From: Promethearchaeota archaeon | Lineage (GTDB): Archaea > Asgardarchaeota > Lokiarchaeia > Sigyniarchaeales > SOKP01 | Reading direction: 5' to 3' | Assembly (NCBI GenBank): GCA_019058015.1 | Contig: JAHLWH010000191.1 | Location: 1 to 10,002 of the forward strand | DNA: 10,002 nucleotides | Notes under the pieces: generated by a model | What the model was told of the DNA's origin: nothing | Databases searched by the model: none | Seen by the model: the letters and a program-made list of their open reading frames with translations, nothing else | Made by a program: the position numbers and the translations under genes | Shown here: in pieces, positions 8,084 to 10,002 of the stretch | Position numbering within the stretch: position 1 is the first letter of the stretch | Layout of the letters: every line of letters starts with the position of its first letter

Positions 8084-8869
8084 GTGAGATTTGTAGTTTG
8101 TGTGAAAGAGGTTCCTGAATCAATAGTTGTAAAAATTGATCTTACAAATAATAAAATTCAGGATGAAAGCATTTCAACCACCTTAAATCCCTTTGATCAA
8201 TTCATATTGGAGGAGGCTTTAAAGTTGAAGAAAGATGAGGATAAAGTCATTGCAATTTCAATAGGGACACCTCAAACGAAAAAGATTTTAATGAAATGTC
8301 TTGCACTTGGTGCTGATAAAGCTATTTTGCTCAGTGACAACGTCTTTATAGGATCTGATACTTTTGCCACAGCCTACACTCTTTCTAAAGTAATCAATAA
8401 GATTGGAGATTTTGATATAATTTTTTGTGGACAACAAACAGTTGATGGTAATACAGCTCAAGTTGGTCCCGAATTAGCCGCTCATCTCAAAATACCGCAA
8501 GTCACTTATGTAGAAAGCATAAGTAAATTTGAAGGAAAGAAATTATTTGTTAAATCCCAAACAGATGATGGATTTAAAATAGTAGAATCCCAAATCCCTG
8601 TGCTTCTAGCGGGGATACCTCCATCATCATTTACACCAAGCCTTCCACCTTTACGAAATATAATAGCAGCTCAAAATAAACCATGTATCATATGGAATTT
8701 TGAAGATTTAGGTGGTCCTAAAGATAAATACGGCTCGGTAGGATCGTTAATACAGATTACTAAAGTTTATTATCCTCCTCCAAGAGAAAAAGGTATTATG
8801 ATTGTTGAAGAACCAATAACTGCAGTTGAAAAGCTTATTGAATTATTAACTAAGGATAAGGTGATTTAA
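8084..8869 (+). CDS. etfB: Electron transfer flavoprotein beta subunit (FixA family)
   Basis: VVCVKEVP, LNPFD..LEEAL, LALGADKAILLSD, GSDTFATA and CGQQTVDGNTAQVGP. GTG 8084 gives the usual N-terminus; GTG 8072 is also possible. Confidence 0.95.
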   Translation: MRFVVCVKEVPESIVVKIDLTNNKIQDESISTTLNPFDQFILEEALKLKKDEDKVIAISIGTPQTKKILMKCLALGADKAILLSDNVFIGSDTFATAYTLSKVINKIGDFDIIFCGQQTVDGNTAQVGPELAAHLKIPQVTYVESISKFEGKKLFVKSQTDDGFKIVESQIPVLLAGIPPSSFTPSLPPLRNIIAAQNKPCIIWNFEDLGGPKDKYGSVGSLIQITKVYYPPPREKGIMIVEEPITAVEKLIELLTKDKVI

Positions 8870-8870
8870 A

Positions 8871-9905
8871 ATAGAGTCCATAAAAGATAATTTTTCTAGT
8901 TATCAAGATGTATGGGTATTTGCTGAGATTAAGAATAACGAAATAAGAGAAATTACTTTAGAATTGCTTGGTAAAGCAAAAGAACTTGCAAATGAATTAA
9001 AGCAAGATATTTGTGCTGTGATTATTGGAAGCGAAATAAGAAAATTCTGTAATGTACTCTCTACTTTTGGTGCAAATAAAATATTCATTGCTGAAGATGA
9101 TGCCCTTAAAGAATATAACACAGAAATATATACTCCCATTCTTACTAGGATAATTCTAAAGCATAAACCAAATATTTTACTATTCCCTGCCACAAAAATT
9201 GGAAGGGATTTAGCACCAAGGGTTGCTTCCACACTAAAATTGGGTCTCGCAGCTGATTGTATAAAATTAACTATACAAAATGGTAAATTATTAATGACTC
9301 GCCCAGTGTATGGTGATAATATCTTAGCAGATATTATTTGTCCAAATACTCGACCACAAATGGCAACAATAAGAGCTAAAATGATGGAAAAGGCAGAACC
9401 AAAACAAAATGAAAGTGCTGAAGTTATTAAAGAACCTGTTAATATTAATGTTGATTCTTTTAAGACAATAGTAAAAGAAAAGAAAAAGACATCAATACCG
9501 GGTGTAAAATCAATTGATGAAGCTGATATTATTATATCTGGAGGCAGAGGCGTTGGAAGTAAAGAAACATTTAAATTTATCGAGGAATTAGCTGATGTAT
9601 TGAATGCTGCTGTAGGAGCAAGTAGGGCTGCGGTTGAAGCTGGCTGGAAACCAAAATCGTGTCAAGTAGGACAGAGTGGTACAACTGTTTCACCAAAAAT
9701 ATACATTGCCTGTGGAATATCAGGAACAACCCAGCATCTAGTAGGAATGAAAGGGAGTGATGTTATAATCGCAATAAATAAAGACCCCGAAGCACCGATA
9801 TTTGAGGTTGCAAATTATGGCATTGTCGGTGATTTGAAAGAAGTTGTACCGCTATTAACGAAAGCATTAAAAGAAAAAAAAATGGGTGGCTACAAAATCC
9901 AGTGA
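8871..9905 (+). CDS. etfA: Electron transfer flavoprotein alpha subunit (FixB family); start extended upstream of the ORF track's 8964
   Basis: GRDLAPRVA, LGLAADC, RPQMATIR, IISGGRG, VGASRAAV, QVGQSG, YIACGISG..QH..GM and AINKDPEAPIF. The frame stays open upstream through YQDVWVFAE (conserved first strand) to ATA 8871, which follows an AGGTGA SD. Confidence 0.9.
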   Translation: MESIKDNFSSYQDVWVFAEIKNNEIREITLELLGKAKELANELKQDICAVIIGSEIRKFCNVLSTFGANKIFIAEDDALKEYNTEIYTPILTRIILKHKPNILLFPATKIGRDLAPRVASTLKLGLAADCIKLTIQNGKLLMTRPVYGDNILADIICPNTRPQMATIRAKMMEKAEPKQNESAEVIKEPVNINVDSFKTIVKEKKKTSIPGVKSIDEADIIISGGRGVGSKETFKFIEELADVLNAAVGASRAAVEAGWKPKSCQVGQSGTTVSPKIYIACGISGTTQHLVGMKGSDVIIAINKDPEAPIFEVANYGIVGDLKEVVPLLTKALKEKKMGGYKIQ

Positions 9906-10002
9906 TTTCGAGTGGAATTGATCGAAATTTGTGATTTAATTGTTTAAAGAAGAGAAATATTATTTGATTTTATAGAACAAGGCTCAGTTTCCACTGGAGA
10001 GA

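Noticed and set aside
8903-9232. 109-aa minus-strand ORF
   Set aside because: Antisense shadow of etfA.
9903-9947. Selenocysteine readthrough of the etfA TGA, given the adjacent hairpin
   Set aside because: The EtfA domain is already complete, the position is not a conserved Cys, readthrough adds only 13 unremarkable residues, and no recognisable SECIS is present.

Overview
AT-rich (roughly one-third GC by eye), gene-dense window carrying a divergently arranged acyl-CoA catabolism cluster. The minus strand holds a stand-alone substrate-binding subunit of a B12-dependent methylmalonyl-CoA-mutase-family enzyme, an isovaleryl-CoA-dehydrogenase-like acyl-CoA dehydrogenase, a crotonase-family protein and a thiolase. 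The plus strand holds a second acyl-CoA dehydrogenase and etfB-etfA. A convergent beta-lactamase-fold serine hydrolase with hydrophobic segments at both ends lies at the left. GGTGA/GGAGGT Shine-Dalgarno motifs, oligo-T tracts after genes, the split mutase and the C-terminal membrane anchor suggest an anaerobic archaeon, possibly Asgard/Lokiarchaeia; this is inference only. No rRNA, tRNA, CRISPR array or intact mobile element is visible. The gene families are well known. The unusual points are a crotonase lacking all three usual catalytic acids, a mutase with substitutions in conserved motifs, an etfA that apparently starts at ATA, and a periodic TAAAATTAAA array in the divergent promoter region. 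Residue equivalences are from recalled family motifs, not from a computed alignment.
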